Positions 62,640 to 64,000 of a DNA stretch of 64,000 nucleotides are shown piece after piece; within the stretch, counting starts at the first letter, position 1, and every line of letters starts with the position of its first letter. The notes under the pieces are model-generated. The model was given only the letters and a program-made list of their open reading frames with translations. It was not told where the DNA came from and ran no database searches. The stretch is from contig OZ076413.1 in the NCBI GenBank assembly GCA_964187785.1, forward strand, positions 44,022,001 to 44,086,000, written 5' to 3'. A program made the translations under genes and the position numbers. The stretch is from Amphiscolops sp. MND2022. Taxonomy: Eukaryota.

Positions 62640-64000
62640 TCAATTTTTCGACTTCTCATTTAGCTGTTTGTCGTCGATTGCCTACTGTGATTTTCGCTTG
62701 TTCGCACTTTTTGTTCACGTCTCGGTTTTTCTCAAATATTCTATTCCGCTGTGATTGGTCGCTACAATTTGTTTCGGTCCTTTTTGTTCTTTCCACCTCG
62801 TTTTGTGATTGGTTGGCGAATATTTGTTCGTATTTTCTATTCAATTCAGCTTGTTCTGAAAGGATGTTAATAACGTATTGCTCATCGTATACGTCTTCGG
62901 TCGTTGCGATTTCCACCGGTTCCTACTAAGAAAGTCGGTAAACTTGAAACTACTTCCTGCGATGTGTTGAATAGCTATATCAAAGTGGGCGAGTCGATCT
63001 AACCATCTAGTTAATCTCGCACTGTATTGTCTGTTGCATCTTTCCGTATAAATAAAATCGGAACATTTCTAAACCCCAAACAACTGCCAGTATTTCTAGT
63101 TCTCCGATTGAATATTTTTCTCGCTGTCAATCAAATATCTGCTGCCGAAAGCTATCGGTTTCACTTCCGCATCCGACTGTTTTTGCCGTAATGTAATTCC
63201 GAGTCCGGTTTTGCTTGCATCGGTTGTGACTATGTTTTCTCGGTCTTTTGCGTAAAGTGCTAAGCAAGGTTCTTCGGTCTACATTTTCTTTATAATATTT
63301 AAGTCTTCTTCTTGTTGCTTTCCCCAGTTCTATGTGGAATCTTTCTTTAGAAGTCTTCGAAGTCTTTCCGTTCTTTTCGATAGTCTCGGTAAAAATTAGA
63401 TAATTAATAAAGGTAATGTATTGCACCGAGAAATGATTTTAGTTATTTTTGGTGTTCGGGTGTTTCAGTTCAAGTATTGCTTTTACTTTTTCTTTATTCG
63501 GTTTGATTCCCGTTCCGTCAATTTCATGCCCCAGCCATTTGGTTTTGTTTAGGAAGAGTTCGGATTTTCTTACGCTTGCTCGGTATCCTGCATTCTCCGA
63601 TTTTTCCAATATATCAAATTATTTCTTATCGTGTTCTGTTCGGTCGCCCCGTGTTACCACTATAAAACTCTCCAGCCATGCCGGTGTAGAAAAGTCTAAT
63701 GTTCGGTCAATTTTTTCTTGAAATAATGTAGGACTGTCGGCAAAACTGTAGGATCCTTTTTTAAATTTGTAGTATCCACCTAAATTTCCTCCCGTTATTG
63801 CAAACACGCATTGTCGGCTGGTTTCTTTGGATAGTTTAATTTAGCCGTTCGCGTAATCGAGGTCGATCTTCGATATCATCAATTCTTTTGTTCGGTCTCT
63901 TGTAATTTCCACTGAAATTTGGTTTGATAACTCTTCCATGTTTGGCATGTGTGATCGGATTTTCATACAGCTATTTTGAGTCTAATGCTCTTTTTACAGA
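62640..64000 (-). pseudogene. pol: Decayed Gypsy pol fragment (RT-RNase H)
   Basis: MPNMEEL...SKIDLDYA...YYKFKKGSYSFADSPTLFQ...WLGHEI...YSIGELEILAVVWGL...RWLDRL; stops and frameshifts. Confidence 0.85.

Overview
AT-rich eukaryotic (animal-like) genomic DNA with spliceosomal introns, dominated by transposable elements; the species cannot be identified from the sequence alone. The centrepiece is a young, 18.9-kb Ty3/Gypsy-type LTR retrotransposon (14711-33580). It has 711-bp LTRs differing at about 3 sites, an apparent 3-bp target-site duplication and a tRNA primer-binding site (PBS) displaced 15 nt from the LTR. Its single ~3,140-aa Gag-Pol carries a duplicated (pseudo)protease, a dUTPase-like domain, an AT-hook and two C-terminal TARG1/OARD1-like macrodomains. 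A disrupted ~1,420-codon ORF2 with an SGNH-hydrolase-like fold follows. A divergent relative on the minus strand (5176-12215) has the same PBS and retains only the tandem macrodomain part. Four more Gypsy elements or fragments are present, one with an intact-motif SGNH hydrolase ORF upstream of gag. Also seen: a Helentron/HINE-like dispersed repeat family, MITE-like elements, a 1.27-kb palindrome, a 200-N gap, and one spliced host gene encoding a divergent MIT+AAA (VPS4/katanin-like) ATPase with an 11-nt microexon. All domain calls are by-eye motif recognition and need HMM or structure confirmation.
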